Assembly: GCF_001194135.2 (NCBI RefSeq)
Contig: NC_068985.1
Coordinates: forward strand, 82,354,924 to 82,418,923
DNA from: Octopus bimaculoides
Lineage: Eukaryota
Direction: 5' to 3'
Length of the DNA stretch: 64,000 bases
Numbering within the stretch: position 1 is the stretch's first letter; the number at the start of each line of letters is the position of its first letter. The notes beneath the pieces were generated by a model that worked only from the letters and a program-made list of their open reading frames with translations, did no database searches and had not been told where the DNA came from. Position numbers and translations under genes: made by a program. This document shows, piece by piece, positions 1-11,870 of the stretch.

Positions 1-12
1 ATATATATATAT

Positions 13-70
13 CAGGCGGTGCTCCAGCATGGCCGCACTCAAATGACTGAAACAAGTAAAAGAGTAAAAG
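13..70 (+). mobile_element. 3' tail of SINE family A
   Basis: GCTCCAGCATGGCCGC..AAATGACTGAAACAAGTAAAAGAGTAAAAG matches the tail of the full copy at 15803-16231. Confidence 0.75.
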
Positions 71-124
71 AATATATATATAGTCAATTCAAATAAACGA
101 ATAAAAAACGAAAAAGTGGGCAGC

Positions 125-574
125 TGAATTTAAAAGGGGAAGGGAATGTCTTGAAATGACCTAAGTTCTGGACATCCTGCAACTGCCACCAACGAGGAAA
201 ACATTGATAGTGTTCATCGCATAGTGATGGATGACAGGCAATTGACTATAAATCAATCAGCGAATGGGATTAGCATATCCCGTGAGAGAGTTGAGGATAT
301 TGTGCACAAAGTACTTGGCGTGACGAAAGTTTCGGCTCGGTGAAGGCTACGTATTCTGACACCCGATCAAAAGCGCACCGGGCTGATCACGTCACAAGAA
401 AATCTGACATTGTTTAAGGCAGATCCTGTTGGTTTCGTTGAAGACTTCGCAACCTAGGATGAGTGTTGGTTTCATCACCTTGAGATAAGGAGATAATCCG
501 TGTACTAGAAATTCCCCTCCTGCCAAAGTCGTTTCATCTGTGGGACAGTTGATGACCTCGGTCATTTGGGATGC
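125..574 (+). mobile_element. Degenerate mariner transposase fragment
   Basis: Translates across a frameshift and stops to FKRGRECLE..SGHPATATNEENIDSVHRIVMDDRQLTINQ..KVSAR*..LTPDQKRT..T*DECWFHH, i.e. mariner HTH plus the first catalytic D region. Confidence 0.85.
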
Positions 575-670
575 AAATCCACTTTGGTCGACCCGAGGCT
601 ATAGTAGAAGACACTTGCCCGGGACTGATCTCTGAACTATGTGGTTGGGAAGCAAGCTTCTTACCACACA
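575..670 (-). mobile_element. 5' fragment of SINE family A
   Basis: Reverse complement reads TGTGTGGTAAGAAGCTTGCTTCCCAACCACATAGTTCAG..., matching the head of 15803-16231, with an internal deletion. Confidence 0.8.
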
Positions 671-1041
671 TTTACACTTAAAAAAAAAAAACGAAACAAA
701 CAGTAAAACTCATTTATGGCTTAAGGATAAAAAAAAAATCTGTTCGTAGTGACAAAAAGAACCGCAATCCAATAAAAAGTAATCTATACGCGACAACTGT
801 AGAGTGAAAGGGGTTTTATTTGATAAAAACGACATTTATAAGATCATGTCTTTTCATAAATACTCACGAATTGTTTTGCGATATTTGTGTTCATGTTCTC
901 TGGACTCTGAGCGGAAATCCCGCTGATTTTAAGACGGTTTTTCACTTTCAGGATCGGTGAATATAAATGAAATACTAGTCCAGTACTAGTACTTTGTTTA
1001 ACGACTAGATGTTTCCCCCAGATGCAATGTAGGAAATAGAA

Positions 1042-1045
1042 GTGT

Positions 1046-1093
<48 letters not shown>

Positions 1094-1254
1094 NNNNNNN
1101 NNNNNNNNNNNNNNNNNNNNNNNNNNNNNNNNNNNNNNNNNNNNNNNNNNNNNNNNNNNNNNNNNNNNNNNNNNNNNNNNNNNNNNNNNNNNNNNNNNNN
1201 NNNNNNNNNNNNNNNNNNNNNNNNNNNNNNNNNNNNNNNNNNNNNNNNNNNNNN
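1042..1254. repeat. (GT)n microsatellite running into an assembly gap (N 1094-1254)
   Basis: Directly visible. Confidence 0.95.
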
Positions 1255-1528
1255 ATATCTGATCCTTTATATTGAACACTCAATATTTCATCTACATTCG
1301 ATACTTTATTTCATGGTGCTATCCATTTTTATTTTATTTTATTTTATATTATATATTGTATATTATATTATATATTGTATATTCCATATTCTATACCCCA
1401 CATTGGTTCTGCAGGAATATAAATAAAACATAAAAAACAGACAGTGTTGGAACTCTTTTAAACAAAATAATATATTCCTCTATACACAATCATACAAAAA
1501 AAACCCCTTTTTTGTATCTATTTTTACT

Positions 1529-1560
<32 letters not shown>

Positions 1561-1561
1561 C

Positions 1562-3144
1562 TTTCTAGCTGTTAATTTAGATCTAAGTAAAGGTATACAC
1601 AGGCCTTATCGTAAACCAAATACAAACCTTAGATACATTCATAAAAATTGCAATTACCCAAAAAGTACAACCCCATCAATAGTAGAAAATATATCAATCC
1701 GAATTAATAAACTCTCAGCGAACGAGGAAGTATTTAAACTGAGGACTTCTATAATTTCGCATTAGAGAAGGCGAGATATAGAGAAAAATTAGAATTCATT
1801 AACGGTCGTAATAGTACAAATAATGTAAGTAGCGAGATGGACCATACTGTCAATAATCCTGATAGTATGCTTTGTATGGAAAACGCCACTAATCAAATAG
1901 AACAGACAGTAAAAAGAGTTAAGGATAGGAAATCTGTACAATTAGAATATAACAATAGAGTTCCTAGAAACAAAAAAGAAGAGTACAAGTTTACTTGAAT
2001 ATGTGCCAAGTAAAGTACAAAGTAGATTAGAAATGAATGGACCTACTGAGAGATTCCATTCAGATAGGGTAGGTAAACAATACATAAACTCTATAAATAG
2101 TAATATACAAAATAATTGACAAAGATAATAGCAAACAAACCCAGTGCCGTAATAAGAACCAGATAGAGAGATTACACACTTTTACAAAAAGCGTAAGTAG
2201 AAATAGAAATACATACCTTAGTAATATGAATACTTCTAGCTATATCGAATGGTATATAATTCCTGTCAGAAAACAAATAGTTTCCAATATACCGAAATTA
2301 GAATTTTTAATAAAAATCGGGTTGGATTATCTTTCTGTAATAGTAAAAATCTAGCACAAATTATAGCTGCACACAATGATAGAAAAATTTTAAGTTTCGA
2401 TATGAGTAGTAGCAATCATAGTAACCAGAGTTATAATTATAAATCAATAAATAGCAACAATGTCAGCATGGGCGGAACAAACCGTGGGTGACAGAGCTGG
2501 GTATCAGGAACTATGGTTTGGCAACCAATGGAGTTGAAGATACCCTAGGGAGCTCCACAGTTGGTTTGGAGGTTGTGGATATGAATCCTAGAAGGCAAAG
2601 TACTCAGAGTGTTGTCTCTGTGGGGAGGACTAATAGCTTTGAAGATAGACAGAACATAAAAATCACACCTAGAGTTGGTGAAGTGGATGATAGTGATGGA
2701 AGTACTAAAAGTATTAGTTGCGATTGTGCAAGGTACAGGGTCTGTCCGCTTGGCTCTGATTATTAACATAAAAATATCGTATACAGATATAAGATTACCT
2801 CAGAGAATAGAGGATATTTCTATATAGGAACTAGCTCATGTTATATTAAGCAGAGAATTGCCAATCATTTGAGTTCGTTTAGAAATAGGCACAAAATGAA
2901 TACTATCAGCCTTAGTATGCTAATTTGGGCACTTAAAGACAGTAACCAAGTATTTTCGATTGCTTGGGAAATTATTAGTAAAGCAAAACCTTATAGAATA
3001 AGCGATAATAATTGTAACTTTTGTGTGGAGGAAATGTACCAAATTTTCTTTTCTAAATATACTATTATAAACATTAGACAAGAACAGGCTATGAGATGTC
3101 TACATTGGATTAAATATACGTTTAAACGATTTAAAGAAACATAA
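1562..3144 (+). mobile_element. 5'-truncated, decayed Penelope-like retroelement: RT C-terminus/thumb, long linker, C-terminal GIY-YIG endonuclease
   Basis: From 1562 FLAVNLDLSKGIHRPYRKPNTNLRYIHKNCNYP..IRINKLSANEEVF (PLE RT end/thumb); ~2300 IFNKNRVGLSFCNSKNLAQIIAAHNDRKIL; ~2720 CDCARYRVCPLGS; then after one TAA (2764-2766), in the same frame, NIVYRYKITSENRGYFYIGT..KQRIANHLSSF..LSMLIWALKD..IAWEII..CNFCVEE..CLH. Confidence 0.88.
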
Positions 3145-3684
3145 ATTATCATCTATAGTAATTATACTAGTTAATATAATGATTGTAATAATGATAATAG
3201 TTTTAGTAACAATAACAATGGTATTAATTGAGGGTATCAACCCAAACATAAGTGAATAAATAATGTACTCCATAGTGTAAAATGTAAACAAAACTGCCAC
3301 TATTGATTGTAATATGAATGAACATTTTATAAACTACAATTCAACTGTAATACCAGCAGAAGTGATTATAAGACCAGAATTCAATTTGATTTAAAAAGTA
3401 ACGCTATAACCTTTTACTAACGCAGGAAGCTTGTTTGAATTAATTCACTCTGAAAACGTCGCAGTGACGGACCCTTGATGAAACTGCAACGATTAGGATG
3501 CATAATTACATACAGAGCAATGTGTTGTTGCTGCAATTGAAACATATGTTGGTCATTGTTATATATGGCGTAGAAAATGTTTTTCATAAAAAGTTTTGGA
3601 TGTGAATAAATCTTCACTCTCCTCTTCGTTTTCAATTTTATATGTGTGTACGTGTACATATACATACATACATACATATATCAT

Positions 3685-3729
<45 letters not shown>

Positions 3730-4269
3730 CATATGATGATATCTCCACAATGTGTTGATGATGAGAAAAACATGTAATCGTTATCAATATAGCAAGAGAT
3801 TTCACCGCAAAAAGTCTAAAGTAGACTCCTTAAGGATCGTTCTCCTTGGTTATATATCCAAAATTTTTAAATTTAAAAGACAGTTTTGACGCTAATATCC
3901 ATTATTATTGAAATTTATTCCTATGTCAACATTTCTGTATAAGGCTATATATTTAACTGTCAAATTCAAGTCAAACATATAAATTGCCTTACACCTCTTC
4001 AGGGGGAAAAGGTTAAGAACAAAAGATAAACACCAAAACATCGTCTCTAAGTCCAGTCCATATTCAAATTTCTCCTTAAATAACTCGTTATAATTCGTTA
4101 AATAAATTCCTCCTTAAATAAAGGTCCGTTAAGGGGAGACAACCCCTCATAATATTATTAATAATATTAATAATATTATTAATAAATTATAAACAATCCC
4201 CTATTACAATGGAAATCTATACTATATTATCTCTAGAAGCTTTTTCAAAAAACACAACTGCTATTGGTA

Positions 4270-4935
4270 AATTATACATTGATATGGCCTGCCTTAAGAC
4301 CTAATATTATTGTGGAGCTTTGTTGAACAGCTGTTGTCGCGTGTTGGACAGATCCAGTTATCAACCGAGTCCACCGTGAAGATTATTCCGCCGCCTTCCT
4401 TTGGTCGTGAAGGAAAGGCAGTTTTCCTCTGTCTGGTGGCTATAGCAAAGGAGATAGTGTGGTGGACAAGATTGAAAGGACTGAAGGTAGATACTTTCCT
4501 CTTCGGCCAAGCCCTCAACGACTTTTTCAAGTTCCACTTGAAAAGGAAAGTGAGAGTACAAAGGGAAGTTCTGCCTCACTAGTAAATTTGTTGAAAGGTG
4601 GGTGTATGGGGCGAGGATGGCCCGTGTGAATGGGTCTACTCTGAAATTTCCTTTGTAAACTGGAGGAGTTGAGTAGGAAAGAGGTGCCTGCTGAGGTGCA
4701 TCTGGCGGTCGGGTTAACCAGAATGTGTGTAGTTCCTCGGTTGTCCCTGTGAGGAACTTTTCCATTTTGGAGAATGATTATTATGGTTTAATTGTTTTGT
4801 TAATAGTTTTTGTCACTTATTGTATACACGGCATTGTTCAACACCCCACTTGTCCCTTGTATTTTATAGTCCCTATTCGCTTTGTGTTCGGCCCTTGTGG
4901 CCAATAAAGAAACGATTATTATTATTATTATTATT
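4270..4935 (+). mobile_element. 3' end of an L1/Tx1-like LINE (ORF2 C-terminus, 3' UTR, AATAAA, (ATT)n tail)
   Basis: ORF 4310-4582 (WSFVEQLLSRVG..FLCLVAIAKEIVWWTR..FFKFHLKRKVRVQRE) resembles Tx1-type ORF2 C-termini. It is followed by GGCCAATAAAGAAACG and ATT repeats at ~4915-4935. Confidence 0.7.
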
Positions 4936-4936
4936 A

Positions 4937-5395
4937 GTTATTTACTTTCAATCTGCATGTTTGTTACAATCACTTGGTGAGACACACCCAGCGTCCTAGG
5001 GCGAGTGAAGGATAAGAGATGTTACAGTATGACTGAAAGCTTGGGGAGGGGAAGTGGCAAGAGCAGTAGCAAAATCTCTTCATGTAATACAACACAGACA
5101 TTTAGGGTTGTTCATTGCTATTGTGGAGGTCTTATAGAACAGTTCTGCCTGCATCATTCCTTTTCCCCCATTACTTCTATGTAGGTACAGACGATCAACG
5201 TCTGCTTTTGGGTGGTGCAGGTTCTTAGATGTTAGTAGTTTTCTTGTCCTCCTGTCCAGGCGTTGGAGCTCTGTAAGATTCCAGTTAATGATGTTAAAAC
5301 TGTATTGGACTACTGGAAGTGCCAGAGTGTTAAAGGCTTCGATGTGATTTTTGGAGCTGAGTTCAATTTTTAGCATATTGATATCTACGCCAGCA
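4937..5395 (-). mobile_element. R4/Dong-like LINE fragment (RT thumb plus 3' end), tail-to-tail with the Tx1-like copy
   Basis: ORF 5080-5406 contains LSSKNHIEAFNTLALPVVQYSFNIINWNLTELQRLDRRTRKLLTSKNLHHPKADVDRLYLHRSNGGKG, a typical R4/Dong thumb. On the minus strand the element ends in (TAA)n. Confidence 0.8.
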
Positions 5396-5719
5396 CGTGT
5401 GTGCATGAGTGTGTATGTCCCAGTGTGTATGAATGTTCAAGTGAGGGTGCGCGCGCGCGGCTGTGTGTGTGTGTGTTTATGTCTTAAGTTACAAGGGTTG
5501 AATAGTCAATAAACTCTAGTGAACCTTCAGCTAACTGTAATCACATAGTATTTTCTCTTCTGCAGTCCTTCACTTTTTCATCTCATTTTCATTATTGCAA
5601 CAATAGGAATAAGACAATTTTCAGTTCTCGCAAATCAGATCTCTCTCGTGCTAATTTTTTAAAATACCTATTTGTTGTGGATAATTAATCGCCGCTCTTG
5701 TTGGATTAACCTTTAGTTT

Positions 5720-7770
5720 AAGATATATGGAGAGAAGCTATCATGCAGACCTGAAAGCAGTAATGCGAAAAGGAACCGTTAAGGGATTACACTGTATATT
5801 AAACTAGATGTTTTAAAAACACTTGATGCAGAAGTAAAACTAAATTACATTGCCAAAACATTAAATTTTGCAACCTCTACAGTGGGAACAATACGTGAAA
5901 TTAAGAGAAAATTACGTAAAGTTTCTAGAAGCTACTCTGTTAATTGTCCGGACTATATTTTTCCATAGATTGAGTATAATACTTAAAATGTAACGACTTT
6001 TGAGTGTATGGATTGAGGATCAGAATCGATGTAATGTGCCGATAAATATGATGGTAAATCAAAAAAAAGAGCCCAAAGTTTATATGACGATATGCAGAAA
6101 AAGAAAAGCCAAACTTCTAATGAAGTATCCTTTTTGGTTGAGAAAGACCGGTCTGAAAGGTTTAAGAAACGTATGAATTTACACAACATAAAAATGATCG
6201 GTTGAAACCGCGGGCGCTGATACAGAAGCTGCTACAAATTATTTTGAGCAGTTGAAGAAAATGATTGCTGAAGGTGGAGTGGGGGTCTACACACCAGAAC
6301 AAGTATATAATGTTAATGAAACCGCACTTTTCTGGAAGCGCATACCTACTAGAACTTTTATTTCTCGAGAAGAAAGATCAACGCCAAGTTTTAAAGCTTC
6401 CAAAATATCGTCTGACACATTTGTGGGGAGAAAATGCCGCTGGTGATATGAAATTAATCTCTATACGTGTATCACACTTAAAATGCTAGGGCTTTCAAAG
6501 GTTACACAAAGTTTAATCTACATCTGATTTGGCATTTAATTAAGAAGGCATAGATGACTAAGAACCTTTTCAAAGACTGGTTAGTAAACGTTTTTTTGTC
6601 CTGCAGTAAAAAGTCACTGTGTTGCACACAAAGCTTTGCGTTTTTTTTGTTTTTTTTTAGACCGTGCAGCAAGTCACCCAGCAAATTTGGATGACTTTTC
6701 TGATAATGTGAGAATAGAATATATCCCCTAGATGCAACTTCTTTGCTTCAGCCAATGGATCAAGGCGTGATAGCTAACATCAAGGTATATTATATGAGAA
6801 CTTTGAAATAACTTATGAAAGCGATTCAAAGGTAGGGTAAACCTACAGTTAGAAATCTCTGGAAGAAATTCAACATAATGGATATTATGAATAATACAGC
6901 TGAGTTATGAGATGAAGTGAAACCTCCAACTTAGAATAGTGCTTGGAAAAGTATATGGCCAGAAGGTATTCGTGACCGTGACATTACAAATTACAAGTTT
7001 TCCTCGAGCAGAAAAAGTCTACATCATATTCGTGAAGATATTGTGACACTTGCAAAGGATGTAGGATTTAAAGAAGTCATAAAGTATGTAATCGAATTGC
7101 TAGTGTCCTAGAAAGAAAGTTGATCTAATGAGGACCTGAGGCTGTTAGAAAAAGAACAAGCTGAGAATACAGATTAGGCGACGGAAGTTTCACCTACACC
7201 ATTTAAATTGGCTACAAAAATTTTTACTAAAGACATGTTACTTATAGAAGATCTGCAGGTTTTGCTGATAATGATTCTAATCGTAAACATAACATAACAA
7301 TTACAAGTGGAGTTTACAATGAGCTCAGTTCCTATCCTGAGCTGTATAAAGAGATGATGCGTCATCTATAAGAGAGTAAATATTGTTCCCCATCCTTCCA
7401 GTAACGCCCATTCCACCACCAACTCTCACACAATAGTCAACGTCTTTTGTGGTAAGAACATACTCTTACGATATTATGACTCTTGTTAATTCCGTAACGC
7501 ATTTCTCTTCAAATTTTTTTTTCTCTGTATATTGTATATTTATTCTGTATATGTATACTGTATCGTGTGTTTTTTCAAAAAATTGTTATTTTCATGTATA
7601 AAGGTGATTGTATTGCTTGTTCTCTGTTGTTTTCTTGAGCTTCTGTTTTCTTTTTCGAAAAAGTCTGTAGGAACACAATTTCACTTGATAATGTGAAAAT
7701 CAGTAGGTAAATTAATTTTGCATCACGAAATTTCGTGTTACGGCCTGATTTTCAGGAACGCGAACTTTTC
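5720..7770 (+). mobile_element. Decayed Tigger/pogo-type DNA transposon (CENP-B-type HTH plus DDE)
   Basis: Broken frames give AKRNR*GITLYIKLDVLK..NFATSTVGTI, WIEDQNRCNVP, RFKKRMNLHNIK, PEQVYNVNETALFWKRIPTRTFISREE..FKASK, GENAAGDMKL and LQPMDQGVIANIKVYY. Ends are approximate; TIRs were not resolved. Confidence 0.85.
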
Positions 7771-7841
7771 GGCCAGATTTTCCGTAAATCGTTGGCGATT
7801 TTTTTCCTCCGTCTTCCTTTCTATTGAACTTTCCTCTGTTT

Positions 7842-7868
7842 CTGAAGAAGAGCGTCGCTCGAAACGTT
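7842..7868 (+). ncRNA. Minimal type-I hammerhead ribozyme motif, probably in a Penelope-like pseudo-LTR remnant
   Basis: CTGAAGA-A-GAGC(GTC)GCTC-GAAAC-GTT: conserved core, 4-bp stem II, and palindromic AACGTT in place of stem III. Stem I pairing is poor in this copy. Confidence 0.6.
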
Positions 7869-8220
7869 GATCCAACTTTCTTTCCTTCCCTGAGCGTCTG
7901 CTAATACTTTGCATGTACCACGTTCTCACGTTGTTGTTTTTTTGTGTGTTTGTTGTTCTTTTTTGGGGGGGGGGATTTCCTATATACCGCACGCTTACGC
8001 GGACCCCGGCCTTCTGACTGATTTTGGAGTACCTAATTCACGGAATTCTTTCTACCATCGGATTACATTACCTTGTTCATTCAGAATACGCCATTTCTGC
8101 ATCTTGATTGTGATTCCTATATATATATATATTAAATTTCAAATTAAAAGCAACTTTAGTTATGTAAACATTATCGGTATCACATACACTATGTATGTGC
8201 GACCGGTGTGTCTTGTGCAA

Positions 8221-8433
8221 AGCGGTGAGCTGGCAGAATTGTTAGCACGTTGGACGAAATGTTTAGCGGTATTTTATCCGTCACTACGTTCTGAGTTCAA
8301 ATTGCTCCAAGGTCGACTTTACCTTTCATCCTTTCGGAGTCGATAGATTGAGTACTAGCTATGTGCTGGGATCGATGTAATCGACTATCCCCCTCCTCCG
8401 AATTTCAGGTCTTGTACCTATTATAGATAGGAT
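8221..8433 (+). mobile_element. tRNA-derived SINE family B
   Basis: A-box-like GAGCTGGCAGAAT, B-box-like GAGTTCAAATT; body shared with copies at 18118, 21225, 24417, 24740 and 24971. Confidence 0.85.
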
Positions 8434-9597
8434 AATGTGTTGTGTGTGTGTGTGTGTTCAGACTTCCCTTAAATAGGTATATTATAAAATGCTTGCGAGT
8501 TTTGAAACACACGCAGCTCAGCCTAATCCACAAGAGTCTTATACCATAGACTACGGCATTAGTGAAGACCAACTTCCCCTATGCGACACCCTGCATTTAA
8601 ACGCACACTTAATTTTAATTTTGGCTAAAAATAAAAATGCGTATTAAGTATGAGTTTTAAGATAATTTTCTTTTCTTTTTAGTTTCCTTCCTTTAGAGTT
8701 GGGTGAAGAGTCAGTGAACTAAGTACTAGCAATATCCAGGACTTCTGTAGAATATTTCTTCTAAAATCGAAGATAACTGTTTATTCTTCAGAGATATTTA
8801 AAAATTCAACACTAGATCGGCTGCGATGATCTTTATATGTCCTCACTGGCTAGTTGAGTTGATACGGTTTTATAATTCTTCAATGAAAATAAATGAAGTG
8901 GCATTAACAGCTCGTATGTCATAGTTCAATTACGTTAAAGGCGTTTCGTTCTATTTCTATGTTTAAACATTGTCATATTGCACCAAGTCGAAGAGATCCT
9001 AAAAAGTTACTTACCAAGTCGCATTCGTGCTCAAAACAAAGCTCTCTATCAGGTAGTCGTGATATGTCGATTTTATACTGATTGATGGGTTCAGAAAGGA
9101 GCGCACCTAAAGTCGAAATTGTCGCTGGAACCTATTCTACGCCAAGTCCTGATTGGTCAAATAACCGGTTTCGTGTTGTCTTTTCAAATTTCTCTACTTC
9201 ATTGTAACGTGTTCGCTCCAGTCTGAAAAAGAAGAGTTCTAGATAGGGGGAGGTAATTAGGGATTTCTTCCGGTATAGGGGAGATAATCGAAATCTAGGA
9301 GGTGGTAGAATTTGATTAATTTACCATGGTTTTGTTCTATATTTTTTTCCCTTTTTTTTCCTCAGTGGGGTGATGAATTTCCTTATTTAAATGTGTTAGC
9401 AATGGTTAAGTTTGGGTTTGTATATATATATAAAAAAAACCATGAATACTATCTCCAACTTTGGAGCCACAACTATCAGCCTTGTTAGATAACTAGTTAA
9501 TCTTCAGATGAATTAACCGAGGGAGCCTTTTATTCACAATCGTCGTGATTTTCGACTGAAATTTGAATATTCCATACAGAGAGTTACTACAAACAAC

Positions 9598-10129
9598 ATG
9601 GCTGGACACAACATGAACAACACAATCGAGGGACAGAACGAAAACAATAGCTCAACAGGTAAACAAATTCTTTCTAGCTGTAGTTATAGAAGAAACTGTA
9701 ACTACAAGACTCAATTCTCTTGGAGTTATGAACTGAATAATGATCTATTTAACTGCTATGAAAAAGCGAAACAAAACCCCGCTGTTGGCTATATGAACTG
9801 ATTGAAATCATATTGGAACGATCTGCATCCAGAATTAAACCATTTTACTGTAAAGCAACGCCACCAACCGGCAACATTTATAGAACATAGAAAGACGGTA
9901 AGTAACTGTAACTTTATAAAAAAATCGAAAATTAACCTTCTTCTCAACTCTATAAACAAAAACGAAAACGTGAATGATATGAGACCACCACGTGGTTTCG
10001 CAGCTAGCGACATTTCAACTGATTCCATAGTGCCTGCCAGCCAAATTACATTACTGGCTCAAGTAACTGACCACTGTCCGACTACTACGACTATGGTAAA
10101 TAGCAGGCACAACCGCAATGATTATTGTT

Positions 10130-10182
<53 letters not shown>

Positions 10183-11870
10183 CAGGATTATATGCCGGTG
10201 GAATTTTCCGAGAAAAAATAACTTTGACTTTGAAGGACTCTCCCAAGGAGAAAGAATTCTCTACCAAAGTAAGTAAAAAAAACCCACCAGGTACGGTATT
10301 AAAAGCTGTTAACGAAATTGGTGATGACTATTTACAACAGTGTGATGAACCCACATACTGGCAGATTAACGCCTGTCTATATGCTCTGGCTACTACTATA
10401 AAACAGTACATGAATGATATTCAAAAAGTAAACAAAACCGAAATAACAAAGAAAGTACCATCATGGGTTTTGAAGACAGAAAAAGATAACAGGTTTATGG
10501 AAGACTATCAAACAAGCAAATCACTAAACGTCCCACCAACAGAAAGTAAAGAAGGAGATAGAAATGATGTTTGGAGACAGCAAAAAGGGGGCACTTACTT
10601 ACAAACTGATTACTCTAAAGCAGGAGCTAAAAGCTGTCAGTGAAAAACTCCGACATCAGAAGAGAATAACCGAGAGAAGAACAAAAAAAAAAAAAATTTA
10701 ACCGCAACCAGATAGCAGTATACAGAGACATGAGAGGAGGCGCAATAAATATCAGAGAAACTCCTTCACAAGAAGACATACTCCTTCAGGGGAGAAATCT
10801 GGAGTAAAGAGAAGGAATTTAACCAAGATGCTCTGTGGCTGGAAGAAATCCGAAGAAGTTATTGCTCCTGTGTTACACCCAAGACATACAACATTGATGG
10901 TGAAACTCTTGCAACTGTGATCCAGAAACTCTAGGAAAGAAAAAAACATCTGGAAGAGATTTGATTGTTGGATATTGGTATAATAAGCTAACATTCTACC
11001 GACTATACCTTATCAATCTGTACCAGCAAGCTTTCATTGGGAACAGTAGCATACCACACTGGCTAACTCTGGCAGAGACAAAAATTGATCCCCAAATGCA
11101 GAACCACTCACATGGCAAAAAACTACCGGCCAATTGCATGCCAGAACTTAATGCATAAGATATATACAGCATGTTTAAACCTCTTCCTCCGCGACCATTG
11201 TGAAACCAATAACATTATCACAACAGAACAAGCAGCAGGGAAGAAGGGAGTCTGGGGATGTGTCGAGCAATTGCTAATCAACAAATATGATGTCAGAGGT
11301 GTGAGAGCATAGGAAGAACCTCGTCTCAATGTGGCTAGATTACAAGAAAGCCTTTGACTCTGTTCCCCACTCATGGATGCTAGAAGCCTTTCAACAGAGA
11401 ATAGTCAAAGCCATAGCTGACCTGACTTCATCGTGGGCCACCATCTTGAAATTAAACACAAAGAGTGTTTACTCCTTGTAAACTCCTTCTCATTCATATT
11501 AAAGAAGTTTGAAGGGTATCTCACTGGTTCACAAGGAAACAAAAATACCAAAATTACACACTGTTTCTTTGTGGATGACTTAAAACTTTATGCAAAGAAT
11601 ATGTATGAAATGCAAAAGAGCCTTGACGTAGTTCCAACATTCTCAAAGGATGTAGAGTTGGAGTTTGGTCAGGATAAATGTTATTATATGGTTGTGAAAA
11701 GGAAAACAATAAACCAGACTAGTAGCATCTCCATCACTAATTTGACTTTTCCCCAGTATCTGACGAGGAATGTTACAGGTATCTAGGGGTGGAAAAAAAT
11801 ATATCTTATAGTGACACCTGAAACAAAACACGTGTCATTAAAGAATATTACAGCTGAATAACGAAATAGA
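9598..11870 (+). mobile_element. Decayed R4/Dong-like non-LTR retrotransposon (N-terminal domain plus internally deleted RT, 3' truncated)
   Basis: ATG 9598; FSWSYELNNDLFNCYEKAK..GYMN*LKSYWNDLHPEL; RT motifs YRPIACQNLMHKIYT, EQAAGKKGVWGCVEQLLIN, WLDYKKAFDSVPHSW, ITHCFFVDDLKLYAK and LEFGQDKC; many stops and frameshifts. Confidence 0.85.
10128..10181. repeat. (AGT)n microsatellite inside the Dong-like element
   Basis: Directly visible; produces the poly-Ser run in ORF 9802-10221. Confidence 0.95.

Noticed and set aside
998-1426. ORF-track entries over (GT)n, (TA)n, (CT)n tracts and N gaps (also 13366-14801, 19221-20145, 23952-24491, 31976-32271, 33196-33798, 60571-60813)
   Set aside because: Dipeptide repeats and X runs come from microsatellites and gaps; they are not genes.
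2764-2766. In-frame stop in the PLE ORF as a possible selenocysteine codon (some PLEs recode UGA)
   Set aside because: The codon is TAA, not TGA, and is best explained as a TTA-to-TAA mutation in a decayed copy.
3450-3475. Hammerhead-like CTGAAAA-CGTC(GCAGT)GACG-GACC downstream of the PLE
   Set aside because: The position is plausible, but both core motifs deviate (CUGANGA and GAAA are absent), so it cannot be supported.
9799-9801. In-frame TGA in the Dong-like ORF as possible readthrough
   Set aside because: Fits CGA-to-TGA deamination; the copy has many other stops and frameshifts.
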